From Nitrospirota bacterium (GTDB taxonomy: Bacteria > Nitrospirota > UBA9217), in the NCBI GenBank assembly GCA_963790205.1, contig CAWBNQ010000010.1, forward strand, positions 32,001 to 96,000: 64,000 bases of DNA, written 5' to 3'. The translations under genes were made by a program, and so were the position numbers. Shown in pieces: positions 49,686 through 59,972 of this stretch. Position 1 is the first letter of the stretch; each line of letters begins with the position of its first letter. Under the pieces are notes generated by a model. The model saw only the letters and a list, made by a program, of their open reading frames with translations, searched no databases and had not been told where the DNA came from.

Positions 49686-50864
49686 TCAAAAGATCGGCCT
49701 GTCGAACCTGGTTTTATTGTACTCGTCGATCTTTTTGACAGCAGCTTCCCGATAGGCGTCCTTGAGCGCCGGATCGGACTGTTCGAAAGTGATCAAGCCT
49801 GAGTCAAAGATACTGACGGACCGTTGTTTTGAGTCCTGCTGCCAGCGGGCCGTGATCCCGCCGGGCTGCGGGACGGTTTCGACAGGCGTTCCGTAGACCT
49901 TGATGAATCGATCAAGCTTCTGCTGTACGTCCGTGTAGACATGCATATCGGTGAACTTCGCCGTGGAAAAGGAGGCGTAATAAAGCTTTTTCTTCAGGCT
50001 GCTGTCCTTCCCGGCCCCGGCCTGGTCTCCCGTGAACTTCAGCACAATGGTGCCGAGATCCACCCCCTCAAAGGCCTGGGACTCATAATCCAGCGCCGTG
50101 AAGAAATCGTATTCTTTCGCCACATAGTCTGTAACAGCATACTGCGGGGCGGCCTCGTCACGCTCCTCATCCAGCTCGAGCCTGTTCTGATAGCGCTTCC
50201 AATAAAGCGCGGACGCTTCCTTGAGGGACATCCCCAACTTGAACTTCTGTACCGCGTCTATCCATTGATACAGCCAGCTGTTGATCTTCTTGGGACGCAG
50301 CTCCAAGCATGCCTGGACCAGCGCGTCATTGCCGAGTGTAAGCGCCAGTGTCCTCTTGTTCCCCTGCGGGGCCGTCGTCACGGCTGTTAATTTTATGCCG
50401 CCCGCCCCCTGCTCGCATTGCCCCCAGCAGAAGTCCAGCGGGTCGCCTTGAGCCCCCGAGAACAGCGGCGTGCCGTATTTGGCGACCAGTTTTTCCCTGA
50501 ATTTCGGGACGGCAAGTTCGGTCTCTTCCGTCGTAAACGATGTAGTAAGTTCCACCTTCCCGAGAATGTATCCTTTGGCGCTGCAGGTCAACAGGAGCCT
50601 GATTTCCGTCCCCGGGGAAGGGCTGTAGGCAAAAATATCGGAGAAGCCCGTTTCGTAGCCATGGACCTTTTTTTTCCATAATAATTGTTTCACCTGCCCC
50701 ACGGTCATGCCGATGCGAAAACCTTGGATATTCAGCGGAGCAGCGGTCTTTACGGTCTTTTTAGTTTTGACCGCTTTGGCGTACATCGGCTGCGCAATGC
50801 CGAGCAGTAAAACAGCGGCGAGCATAAGGGTCATGGTCGTTTTTTCTCTTTGCGGTCTTTCCAT
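49686..50864 (-). CDS. secreted hypothetical protein with two internally similar domains
   Basis: GGAG RBS; signal peptide ...AQPMYA; GFRIGMT...KYGTP and KFKLGMS...VYGTP halves. Confidence 0.65.
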   Translation of the reverse strand: MERPQREKTTMTLMLAAVLLLGIAQPMYAKAVKTKKTVKTAAPLNIQGFRIGMTVGQVKQLLWKKKVHGYETGFSDIFAYSPSPGTEIRLLLTCSAKGYILGKVELTTSFTTEETELAVPKFREKLVAKYGTPLFSGAQGDPLDFCWGQCEQGAGGIKLTAVTTAPQGNKRTLALTLGNDALVQACLELRPKKINSWLYQWIDAVQKFKLGMSLKEASALYWKRYQNRLELDEERDEAAPQYAVTDYVAKEYDFFTALDYESQAFEGVDLGTIVLKFTGDQAGAGKDSSLKKKLYYASFSTAKFTDMHVYTDVQQKLDRFIKVYGTPVETVPQPGGITARWQQDSKQRSVSIFDSGLITFEQSDPALKDAYREAAVKKIDEYNKTRFDRPIF

Positions 50865-51028
50865 TGGGGTCTCCTTTTCCTCTTTTCGATTGGCGCTTAC
50901 AGGGGGCACTAGCGTCAACTTGTCGCAACTGTTTCCCGCTGAACATTCTCCCGAAGGAAGCAGAAATCTCAGAAGATCGGAGCAGCGATTGTTGGTCCTT
51001 CCGGAACGGTCCTGATGATACCGCAAGA

Positions 51029-51113
51029 AAGGTTGAAGCAGAAAACTTCTTAAAAAAATAAATGTTTTTGTACTGTACCAAATAGGCGGAAGGACTGTCA
51101 ATCAAAAAACCTG
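51029..51113 (-). repeat. degenerate duplicate of the trpE promoter/RBS/first codons (copy of 49491-49575)
   Basis: GTTTTTGTACT(A/G)TACCAAATAGGC....ACTGTCAATCAAAAAACCTG shared; similarity extends into ATGTTTCAGCCT vs CTGCTTCAACCT. Confidence 0.8.
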
Positions 51114-51202
51114 TTGCCCTGATACGGGCCATCGGCCTTATCACGTGCTGATATGCATGTGCGGGGAAAGGGCTGGCAGCGGCCATGCCGCCGCGAAGAG
51201 GG

Positions 51203-54200
51203 TCACTTGATCTTGACTTTGAATGTCACGGAAAAAATTGTGCTCTGGGGGCTGGGGGCCCCGTTAAACGTGCCTGAAGGCGTGATCTGAATGTTTGTCA
51301 CATTCGAGTCATAGCCGTTGGAGTCGGCGGCCGGCGTATAGCCGTAGGACACGCCGCTGTTATTGGAGTATGTTAACGAAATCCCGGTCAGTCCGCAGAC
51401 AGGCGACGCACTGCAGGTGAACCCCATGACCGGATTGCTGCAAAGGGTAGAAACGCACATGCTCGTGTTTGTCGGAATCGGATCAGTGATCACCGTGGTA
51501 TTGGCGTCCACGGAGCCGTAGCTGCTGTTCGTCACCTGGACGGTGTAAAGTATCATCGCGCCGGGAATGGCCTTCGGATTGGTCGTTCCGTTATAGGGAT
51601 CGGAATAGGTCTGGGCCGATTTAAGGACCGAGAGACTCGGCGTAATTTTGAATGTGCCGACCCTGGAGTCCGAAATCGCGCCTTCCGTGCCCTCCCATGC
51701 ACGCACGGCCGCGGACCAATTCCCTGAGGCCGCGGGCGCTGTGGGCATGAACGCATACTCGAACGTTTTCGTCGCAGCGCCTGAGTCATTGACCAGGGGC
51801 ATAGGGACATTCATTACTTTGTTGGCGCTGGTCGGGTCTGTGATCGTGAGCGTCGGGAGGCTGACGATGTCATAGCTTCCGAAGGGGTCGCTTACCACGG
51901 CGCGTACGTAGATCGTTCCGGTCGTGAAAGACGAGAGCGCCGTCCCGCCGCCGCTTAAATAACTCGCATTATAGGCAGTGACGCTGTTTATGTTGATGAC
52001 GTTTTGTGAGGGCAGGTTGACGTACGAATTGTTCGTGCCGCTCATCGGGGACACGATTACGTTTAGAGTTCCGCCGCCGGCAGTCGTGTTTTGCACGGTG
52101 AGCGCCCAATTGGAAGCACAGGTCAGCGCTGCTCCGAGTGGCAAAGTGAATGTCTTCAGGGCTGCCGTAGTTGTGAGCGCCAGGGTCTGCGTCTGCGTGA
52201 GAGTCGTGCCTCCGCATGCAAGAGTAACAACAACCGTCCTACTTCCCGCTGCATTGCTGGCCAAATAAAGATAAACAGGCACGTTGGCGTTAATCGTGTC
52301 ATTGGACTGCAAGGCCGGGTTGAGGGTCCAGACTTGGGATTGGCCCCCTTTTGTCAAGGGAACAGTGCCTGCGAGGCCGGTCGGCTTCGTCCGTGATAAT
52401 TTATGGGTTGGAGTGGAAGTATTGTCATAGAGATACAGCGGCTTGTTGCCGCTGGCCGCGTTTACCGTGACCGTGCCGGCTGCCGGTGTCCCGCCCGTGC
52501 CCGCGGAGGGCGTGATCGTGGCGGTATTGCTGATCGTAGTGCCGTTAACAGCCGAGGAAGCGATGGTCACTGTAAATACGATGGTGACGGACCCGTTCGC
52601 GGGGACGGTGATGTTGGAGAGATTGAGATAGCCCGTTCCGTTTGTACCGCCCGTTGGCAAGGAGTTGTCGGAGCACGTCGGCTCGCTTACGATCGTGAAG
52701 TTGGTCACATTCGCGGGCATATTATCCGTTACCGTCACGCCCGTGGCATTGACGCCGGCGGTCTCTTTGAGCGTAATGGTATACTGCAGAGTGTCGCCGG
52801 GACTGGCGTTGGCCAGTGTGTTGTTAAGATCGGCAACCGCCTTGGTCGAGGTGGAGAAGTTGTTGTTCACCGCGAAGCTCACCGTGGCGCTGTTGTTGTT
52901 GGAGTTGTAGTCCGTGATCGAGCCCGGTATGACGAGGCTTGCGGTGTTGGTAAGCATACTGGGCGCGGGCGCGCTTACGGTGCCCCTGATCGTATAGGTC
53001 ACATAGCCATTTAAGGGAAGGTTGGCGGTCGTGTTGATCGTGTTCCCGCTTCCCGAGGCCGCGCCGCAGGAAGAGGTGCCGTATGTTGATGATGTTGCCG
53101 TACAGGTCCAGGTAACGCCGGTGATGACCGACGGCACGGTGTCTTGGATCCCGACACCGTTCGCCGTCACGTTGTTGGGACCGGTATTAGCCGCGATCAC
53201 GGTGTATTGGATCGTGTCACCCACAGACGCGGTCGTGGTCGAACCGCTCGTTACGTCCGTGAATGTCTTGGTAATGGCGAGGTCGATCGCGGAGGTCGTG
53301 GTCTGATTGCTCACCAGGAGGTTGCGGATCTCATGATAGTTCGTGGAGCCGCCGGTGCTGGCGGCGTATCCCATCATGAGCTGTTGGGATGTCGAGATCG
53401 CGGGGAGCGCCTGGTTCGTGATCATCTGCGTATAGACAAGCGGGGAGTTGTAGCCGAATGCGACCCAGACATTGGCAACCGGATTGGGCGCCGGGCTGAT
53501 CTGTATGCGCACCTTGCGGTAATTCACGCCGGTTTGGGACGGTCGTGGCGTACCGTTGTACCACAGTGAGCCGGGGCTGCCGGAGGTGGCGATCCAGGGG
53601 TAAGAAGTTGTGCCAGTCGTTGACCCGATGGCGCCCCCGCCGAAGCCGACCACGGAGCCGCGTATTGTCACCGTGTTGGGCTGTTGTGAAGCTCCCAGGT
53701 AGCGTCCTTCACAGCCGTAGGCAAAATTACCGAACTCATCGACGCCGATCCCCACATAGCCGCCGCTGATTCCCGCTACGCTCGGTGTAACCGGATTGCA
53801 CGCAGCAGTGGACAGCTTCTGTGCATAACCGAGGGAGCCGCCGAAGGCGCCGATATTGAAGGTACTTACCCCGGCGTCGAACAGGTAGACGCTGTAGCCG
53901 TCGGCGCCGTTCCCCCCCCAAGTGGCGTAATCGAACTCGATAAGAAGCCCTGCGCTCAGGTCAAAAGTGGTGGTGTTATAGGCAAACCCGGTCTGGTTGC
54001 CCGAAGCGCTGGTCAGCCGCAGCCATCCCTGCCCCACCGGATCGATGACGCCGTTTCCGGTCAGCAAGGCGGACGTGGGATTGCCCCCCAGGACCCAGCC
54101 CGCGCTGTTCGTGTCGGTCATCGGTGCGTTGATGATGATCGCGGCAGAAGCGCCGCCCACAAGGCCCCCTCCCAGCGCAACCAGGGCCAAGGCCAGGATA

Positions 54201-54256
54201 ATGCAGGCGGCACGCAATTCTTCTCCTACCTTGTTGAAATTGAAAAAAGGTTTCAT
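51203..54256 (-). CDS. secreted adhesin: legume-lectin-like domain plus DUF11 Ig-like domains (candidate pilus tip)
   Basis: Signal peptide; GWLRLT..NQTG, GADG, GIGVDEFGNF, AASTGGSTNYHEI; DLAITKT..GDTIQYT; C-terminal SDPYNGTTNPKAIPGA domain; start could be 54295. Confidence 0.85.
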   Translation of the reverse strand: MKPFFNFNKVGEELRAACIILALALVALGGGLVGGASAAIIINAPMTDTNSAGWVLGGNPTSALLTGNGVIDPVGQGWLRLTSASGNQTGFAYNTTTFDLSAGLLIEFDYATWGGNGADGYSVYLFDAGVSTFNIGAFGGSLGYAQKLSTAACNPVTPSVAGISGGYVGIGVDEFGNFAYGCEGRYLGASQQPNTVTIRGSVVGFGGGAIGSTTGTTSYPWIATSGSPGSLWYNGTPRPSQTGVNYRKVRIQISPAPNPVANVWVAFGYNSPLVYTQMITNQALPAISTSQQLMMGYAASTGGSTNYHEIRNLLVSNQTTTSAIDLAITKTFTDVTSGSTTTASVGDTIQYTVIAANTGPNNVTANGVGIQDTVPSVITGVTWTCTATSSTYGTSSCGAASGSGNTINTTANLPLNGYVTYTIRGTVSAPAPSMLTNTASLVIPGSITDYNSNNNSATVSFAVNNNFSTSTKAVADLNNTLANASPGDTLQYTITLKETAGVNATGVTVTDNMPANVTNFTIVSEPTCSDNSLPTGGTNGTGYLNLSNITVPANGSVTIVFTVTIASSAVNGTTISNTATITPSAGTGGTPAAGTVTVNAASGNKPLYLYDNTSTPTHKLSRTKPTGLAGTVPLTKGGQSQVWTLNPALQSNDTINANVPVYLYLASNAAGSRTVVVTLACGGTTLTQTQTLALTTTAALKTFTLPLGAALTCASNWALTVQNTTAGGGTLNVIVSPMSGTNNSYVNLPSQNVININSVTAYNASYLSGGGTALSSFTTGTIYVRAVVSDPFGSYDIVSLPTLTITDPTSANKVMNVPMPLVNDSGAATKTFEYAFMPTAPAASGNWSAAVRAWEGTEGAISDSRVGTFKITPSLSVLKSAQTYSDPYNGTTNPKAIPGAMILYTVQVTNSSYGSVDANTTVITDPIPTNTSMCVSTLCSNPVMGFTCSASPVCGLTGISLTYSNNSGVSYGYTPAADSNGYDSNVTNIQITPSGTFNGAPSPQSTIFSVTFKVKIK

Positions 54257-54519
54257 GCGGCAGGCGCTGTCTTTTTTTCGAGGATGACTCTTCATGACGA
54301 TATAATTAAAAATGTTTATTACCGTATTCGTAATCCCGGAGTCAATGAATCCAGATCGAAAACCCCATACAACTCCGATACTGCTGCTGCCTGTATAGCA
54401 GCATATCTTTTTGAATACTATCAAAAAATTATTTTTTATTCAACAAAAAAACATGTATTTCCGCAGGGTTTGGATTCCACTCCCATGATCTGATCAGCGC
54501 GAAAAATCGCTTCATCATT

Positions 54520-54897
54520 TTAGTACGCTTTAAAAGCATGCCGCTCAACGGCTTCCACGAACTCGTCGGTCCTGAGCGGCTTGGACAAGTATCCGCACAT
54601 GCCGGCATCCAGGCACAGCTTTTTCCCGTCACCCTCGGCAGCCGCCGAAACAGCAATAATGGGAACGTCATGCCTTCTTACCGGAGATGCATGACTTCTT
54701 ATGATTCTCGTGGCTTCGATACCGTCCATCACGGGCATATGAACATCCATCAAGACGATGTCGAAATCCTCTTTCTCCAGTTGTTCTATTGCTTCCTTCC
54801 CGTTTTTAGCCGTCTTCACGCAGTGCCCCCGTTTTTCGAGGATCCGTGCGGTCAGCATCCGGTTGGTCAGGATATCATCTACGACAAGCACTCTCAC
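54520..54897 (-). CDS. single-domain response regulator
   Basis: VLVVDD, LMDVHMPVMDG, YLSKP. Confidence 0.9.
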   Translation of the reverse strand: MRVLVVDDILTNRMLTARILEKRGHCVKTAKNGKEAIEQLEKEDFDIVLMDVHMPVMDGIEATRIIRSHASPVRRHDVPIIAVSAAAEGDGKKLCLDAGMCGYLSKPLRTDEFVEAVERHAFKAY

Positions 54898-55062
54898 TGG
54901 CTGCCATCTCCACGCTGCTATGAATCATACCTGTTCATGCCTGCTGCTCAGGCTGGGAAAAATACTGAAACCACAATCGCCATGGTCCGGTCCCGCACAG
55001 TCAAGTCATGAGAACTTTGCATAATGCAAAGATGGGACCTTGCTGGTTTATAATGTTTTATT

Positions 55063-55078
55063 TGCAAAAACACTGCCA
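55063..55078 (-). promoter_or_regulatory. sigma54 -24/-12 promoter
   Basis: TGGCAGTGTTTTTGCA (GG-N10-GC) upstream of the response regulator and adhesin. Confidence 0.7.
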
Positions 55079-55216
55079 GAAAACAACTATTTGATTATAT
55101 GAACGTAATAGGTCGCGAATGAAGTGAATGAAGTCATCGAGGTAGGAATTATTACTGCTTACAAGGAAATATTCCCGTCCCAAGAGGTCTTGATGCTCGC
55201 AGGGGGCAACCCGCCC

Positions 55217-56557
55217 CTATTCAATGCCGTGCTCGCTCATCTTCGACCGGAGAGTTTTGACGTCAACCTGCAAAATTTCAGCGGCCCTGGCCTTGTTGCC
55301 CTTTGTCGTTTCGAGGGCCTTCCTGATGAGTTTCTTCTCGATACCGCTCACGGCTTCTCTCAGCGGCACTAAGGCGCTGTCCGCACTGGCCTCCTTTCCG
55401 CCCAGAAGAAATTCGACGTGGTCCGGCCCGATGTTCTCTCCGCCCGATAGCAGCACCGCCCTCCTGATCACATTCTTCAATTCCCTCAGGTTCCCCGGCC
55501 AGGGGTATTGCATCATGCGGTCCATGGCCTGACTGCTCATCACGGCGACCGGCATATTCAGTTCCGAGGCGGCCAATTCGCAAAATTTATTGGCGAAAAA
55601 AGGTATATCTTCGGCCCGCTCTCTCAAGGGCGGCAGCGTGATGATGAACTCGCCCAGCCGGAAAAACAGGTCCTCCCTGAATTTCCCCTCCTGCACGCTC
55701 TTCTGGAGGTCCGCATTGGTGGCGGCAATGAACCTGATGTCCAGGTTGATGATTTTTCTGCCGCCGAGGCGGCTGACCTCCCGGCTCTCCAGGACGCTCA
55801 GGAGCTTGCTCTGTACGGACAGGGGCACGTTCTCCAGGTCATCGAGGAACGCGGTGCCTTTGTCCGCGGCCTCAAAAAAACCTTTTTGGGTCTGAACAGC
55901 GCCGGTGAAGGCGCCCCTTTCATAGCCGAAAAGCTCGCCCTCGATGATGGTTTCGGGCATCGACCCCATGTCGATCTTCACGAACCCCTTGTCCGCCCGC
56001 CTGCTCATGTTGTGCAGGATCTTCGCCAGGAGCGTTTTCCCCGTGCCGGTTTCCCCCTGGATGATGACCGAGAAATCAGTCCCCGCCACCTGCTTCAGTT
56101 GCTCGGCGATCTTCTTCATGGCCGGCGCCTTACCCGCGAAGCGTTCCAGCGAGGCGTTCTCGGAGGTATGAAGCCTGGCCAGCTCACGCTCCAGCCGGTA
56201 CTTTTCCAGCGCCCTTCGCACGGTGATGATGAGTTTCCCCGGCTCCACCGGTTTCACGAGAAAATCGTATGCGCCGAGTTTCATGGTTTCCACCGCCGTC
56301 GCTGTATCTCCGCTGGCGGTCGAGATGATGACCGGTATTGACGGGTCGATCTCCTTCAATATCCGTATGGTCTCAATACCGTCCATGACGGGCATGATGA
56401 GGTCGAGGATGACGATTGCCGGCGCTTCCCGTCGAAAACGGTCCACGGCCTGGCTGCCATCGGCCGCCTCGACTACCTGCAGTCCCTCCTTTTCCAGTAT
56501 CCTGGCGAGCATGGTCCGCGTTACCTTCTCATCTTCCACAATGAGGACCTTGTCCAT
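55217..56557 (-). CDS. NtrC-family sigma54-dependent response regulator
   Basis: REC, GETGTGKT, GAFTGA, FREDLFFRL, WPGNLREL, Fis-type HTH; Walker B reads FLDDL. Confidence 0.93.
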   Translation of the reverse strand: MDKVLIVEDEKVTRTMLARILEKEGLQVVEAADGSQAVDRFRREAPAIVILDLIMPVMDGIETIRILKEIDPSIPVIISTASGDTATAVETMKLGAYDFLVKPVEPGKLIITVRRALEKYRLERELARLHTSENASLERFAGKAPAMKKIAEQLKQVAGTDFSVIIQGETGTGKTLLAKILHNMSRRADKGFVKIDMGSMPETIIEGELFGYERGAFTGAVQTQKGFFEAADKGTAFLDDLENVPLSVQSKLLSVLESREVSRLGGRKIINLDIRFIAATNADLQKSVQEGKFREDLFFRLGEFIITLPPLRERAEDIPFFANKFCELAASELNMPVAVMSSQAMDRMMQYPWPGNLRELKNVIRRAVLLSGGENIGPDHVEFLLGGKEASADSALVPLREAVSGIEKKLIRKALETTKGNKARAAEILQVDVKTLRSKMSEHGIE

Positions 56558-56727
56558 TCCCTCGTTCCCTCCCCGCCTCCTATTGAGAATCGCGACGCAC
56601 ATGCAGACGTTTAAACTATAGCACGGTGAGCGCTTCGAGGACAACCGATTTTTTTACCAAAACCGGCCTCTTGCCAAGACCCGCAAACTTTTGTATAGTA
56701 GGAGTGCAGCAAGGGAGCATAACCACG

Positions 56728-59412
56728 ATGTTCTACCTCACGCCCTATGTCATCCAGCCCCTGTTCTCGGCCGTCGTCTGCGGAGGGCTGGCCGCTTATG
56801 CCTGGCGTCGGAGAAACGTGCCGGCGGCCGTGCCCGTCTTCGCGGCCATGCTCATCGCGGCTGTCTGGTCCCTCTGCTACGCGCTCAACACCGCCGCAAC
56901 GAGCCTCGCCCTCAAGGTGTTCTTCTATCAGGCCGCCACCACCTTCGCGGCGTTCATAGGACCTGCGACGCTTGCCTTGGCGCTGGAGATCACGGGGTTC
57001 GGACAGTGGCTGACCCGCCGCAGGCTCGCCGTGCTGTGCGCCCTCTCCGGCGTCTTCGTCCTCCTGGCATGGAGCGGGGAGCATCACGCCCTTTTCCGAT
57101 ACGGGTTCTCGCTCATCCGAAACGGCCCTCTGCTGCTGCTCGACTTCAAGCAAGGGTGGGCCTGGTATATCTATAGTGCCTACGTAAACGGCCTCATGAT
57201 CGCCGCCCTGGCCCTTTTCCTGGCGCGTGCCCTGCGCAGTCCCGCCGTGTCCCGGCCCCGTTTTTACCTTCTCTTCGTGGGAACGCTCATCCCCATGCTT
57301 GTGGAAAGCCTGAATCTCACGCCAATTGAAAAGTTCAGCATGACCACCTCAACCTTCTGGTTTACCGGCTGCTGCTACATCCTGGTCATCTTCCGGCACC
57401 GGCTGTTGGAGGTGGAGCCGGTCGCCCGCGCGGCGCTCTTCGACCAATTGGAGGAACCGATCCTTGTCTTCGACGACCAGGGCACGCTGGTGGATTGCAA
57501 CCGCGCTGCGCAGAAATTGCTCAGCCCCGGAGCCGGACTCGCGAAGCTGAGCGCCGCCGCGTTCACCCGCTTTCCGATGCTCCAGTCACTGTCGAACCGG
57601 CCCCTGATCGTAATTGATGCTTTCGTAAAAGATGCCGAGGATGATCAGCGCTACTGGAGGATAAAGTCCCTGCCGCTCACAAGGGGGCTCCTCACGGTCG
57701 GGAACCTCGTTCAGCTGTACGACATCAGCGTCCTCAAGCGGAGCGAAGAGGAACGCCGTCGGGCGCACGATGCAGCGGAGGCGGCCAACCGCGCCAAATC
57801 GGTCTTTCTTGCGAACGTGAGCCATGAGCTTCGTACACCCCTGAACGCGATCATCGGCTTTACGGACCTTGTCCTCGACACTGAGTTGACCCTGGACCAG
57901 AAGAACTGTCTCGAAACCGTCAACCATTCGGCTGTGACGCTCCTTGCCATCCTGAACGACATCATGGATTTTTCAAAGATAGAGGCCGGGAAGATGGAGC
58001 TCGAAGAGGTCGATTTCGACCTGCGACAACTGGTTCACACAGCAATAAGGACGCTCTCCCTGCAGGCAGAAAATAAGGGGCTGAAACTGGAGTATTCCAT
58101 CGACCCTGACGTTCCGACGGTCTTGACGGGGGATCCCCTGAGACTGCAGCAGATTTTGCTCAACCTTGCAGGGAACGCGATCAAGTTCACTGAACAAGGC
58201 GAAGTGAAGATATCGGTACAGACCGCGCCGTCGAACCCAGAGCTTAAATTGAGGCGTCGGACAGATCGTCCGCGTTCCTCCGTAGGGATCCTTTTTAAAG
58301 TTAGCGACACCGGCATAGGAATACCCGAGGACAAACTGCGCAGTATCTTCTCGAGTTTTACGCAGGCCGACAGCTCCATTACCAGAAGATACGGAGGCAC
58401 AGGCCTGGGACTCACCATTTCGAACCAATTGGCCGGAATGATGGGAGAAGAGCTGAGGGTTGAAAGCACGCCGGGAGAAGGAAGCGTTTTTTACTTTACC
58501 GCGCGGTTCGCCCCCGGCCGCGAAGACTTTAACCAGGCAGCGAGAGGGGACGTACCTCAAACGCCGCTGCCCCATAAAAGCATGCATGTCCTTCTGGTAG
58601 AAGATAGTGCAACCAACCGGATGCTCACGGTACGCCTGCTCGAAAAACGAGGACACCTGGTGAGAACGGCGAACAGCGGGAAAGAAGCGATAGAGTTATT
58701 GGAGAGGCAAATTTTCGATGCCGTTCTCATGGACGTCCAGATGCCGGGGATGGATGGCTGTGAGGCCGCACGGATCATCAGGGACCCCCATTCGTCCGTA
58801 CTGAGGCATGATGTCCCCATTATCGCGCTGACCGCCCATGCCATGGCCGGCGATAAGGAGCGCTGCCTTGCCGCCGGCATGAACGGATATCTATCCAAAC
58901 CGCTACGGCTTGATGAATTTATCGAGGTTGTTGAGATGCATGCGGGTCGAGGTCCCCTGTCAACCATTACGCAGGCAGCGAACACGGATGTTTCGTATGA
59001 TGCTGATCACGGCCCACCCGTGCCGGGAACACAACGTGAAACGATCGGCGGAGCAATCATCACGGGGGAAACAGACCCGCTGAAAAAAATCAAAGAAGTG
59101 CTCCTCATACAGTATGAGGGCGACGAACGGCTCGTTGAGGAACTGCTCGAAGTCTTCCGGAACGAGATACCCGGCCTCGTCCGTAGGATCCGGGACGCCG
59201 TTGAAGCACGTGATTTCGCGCATCTCGCGATGCATGCCCATGCCTGTAAGAGCGCGGTAGGAGCTGTCGGGCTCACTGCTGCGAGTGAAATCGTTTCCAC
59301 AATCGAAAACGCGGCAAAAACGGAAGACATCGAGAACGCTGCCCGTAATTATGAAAAGCTCACACGGGAATTGAAAAGTTTTAAACTTCTGGCCAGTCGC
59401 CTGATACCATGA
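56728..59412 (+). CDS. hybrid histidine kinase (7TM-PAS-HisKA-HATPase-REC-Hpt)
   Basis: 7TM N-terminus, [55 protein letters not shown]. Confidence 0.92.
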   Translation: MFYLTPYVIQPLFSAVVCGGLAAYAWRRRNVPAAVPVFAAMLIAAVWSLCYALNTAATSLALKVFFYQAATTFAAFIGPATLALALEITGFGQWLTRRRLAVLCALSGVFVLLAWSGEHHALFRYGFSLIRNGPLLLLDFKQGWAWYIYSAYVNGLMIAALALFLARALRSPAVSRPRFYLLFVGTLIPMLVESLNLTPIEKFSMTTSTFWFTGCCYILVIFRHRLLEVEPVARAALFDQLEEPILVFDDQGTLVDCNRAAQKLLSPGAGLAKLSAAAFTRFPMLQSLSNRPLIVIDAFVKDAEDDQRYWRIKSLPLTRGLLTVGNLVQLYDISVLKRSEEERRRAHDAAEAANRAKSVFLANVSHELRTPLNAIIGFTDLVLDTELTLDQKNCLETVNHSAVTLLAILNDIMDFSKIEAGKMELEEVDFDLRQLVHTAIRTLSLQAENKGLKLEYSIDPDVPTVLTGDPLRLQQILLNLAGNAIKFTEQGEVKISVQTAPSNPELKLRRRTDRPRSSVGILFKVSDTGIGIPEDKLRSIFSSFTQADSSITRRYGGTGLGLTISNQLAGMMGEELRVESTPGEGSVFYFTARFAPGREDFNQAARGDVPQTPLPHKSMHVLLVEDSATNRMLTVRLLEKRGHLVRTANSGKEAIELLERQIFDAVLMDVQMPGMDGCEAARIIRDPHSSVLRHDVPIIALTAHAMAGDKERCLAAGMNGYLSKPLRLDEFIEVVEMHAGRGPLSTITQAANTDVSYDADHGPPVPGTQRETIGGAIITGETDPLKKIKEVLLIQYEGDERLVEELLEVFRNEIPGLVRRIRDAVEARDFAHLAMHAHACKSAVGAVGLTAASEIVSTIENAAKTEDIENAARNYEKLTRELKSFKLLASRLIP

Positions 59413-59704
59413 AGAACATAAAAGCCCTCTGTATGCCTGGTATTCGATCCGAGAGCTGGAAGCTCTTCCGGACCAAATGCCCGGACATGCCCGATTCAAA
59501 ACGTATTTAGCCGCAGAAGGTTTTCGCCGCGCGGGAAATTCACCGGGAGAGCCCAAGATTAGCGGTGCTCACTGTGTGCAGCAAAGATGACCTGCAGTTT
59601 TAGAAGAACTGTTTTCCAGTATTTCTTCCCCGAATAAGTGATTTTTTCCCTCATCATCACCCCATAAATAAATTTTTTTTATTTAAAAACAACATATTAC
59701 CATA

Positions 59705-59720
59705 AGGCACGCCATTTGCA
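59705..59720 (+). promoter_or_regulatory. sigma54 -24/-12 promoter of the DUF11 operon
   Basis: AGGCACGCCATTTGCA (GG-N10-GC). Confidence 0.7.
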
Positions 59721-59972
59721 TAACTAAGCTTAATATAAACATAACACTTTATTATTATTTTTAAAAATTTTAATGAAATTGAACAGCTTTTAAAAACCTT
59801 GATAAAAATAACGCATTAGAAAACAACAAAAAAAAGTATTGCGTAAAAAAATTAATCGTTACTATATGTAACATAAAGTATTACAAATTTTTCGTGATTT
59901 TAATACAGTTTTTATGTATAACAATAAGTTATAATTTGACTAATTTTTTTGTTATCATCGGGATTTTTTTAA

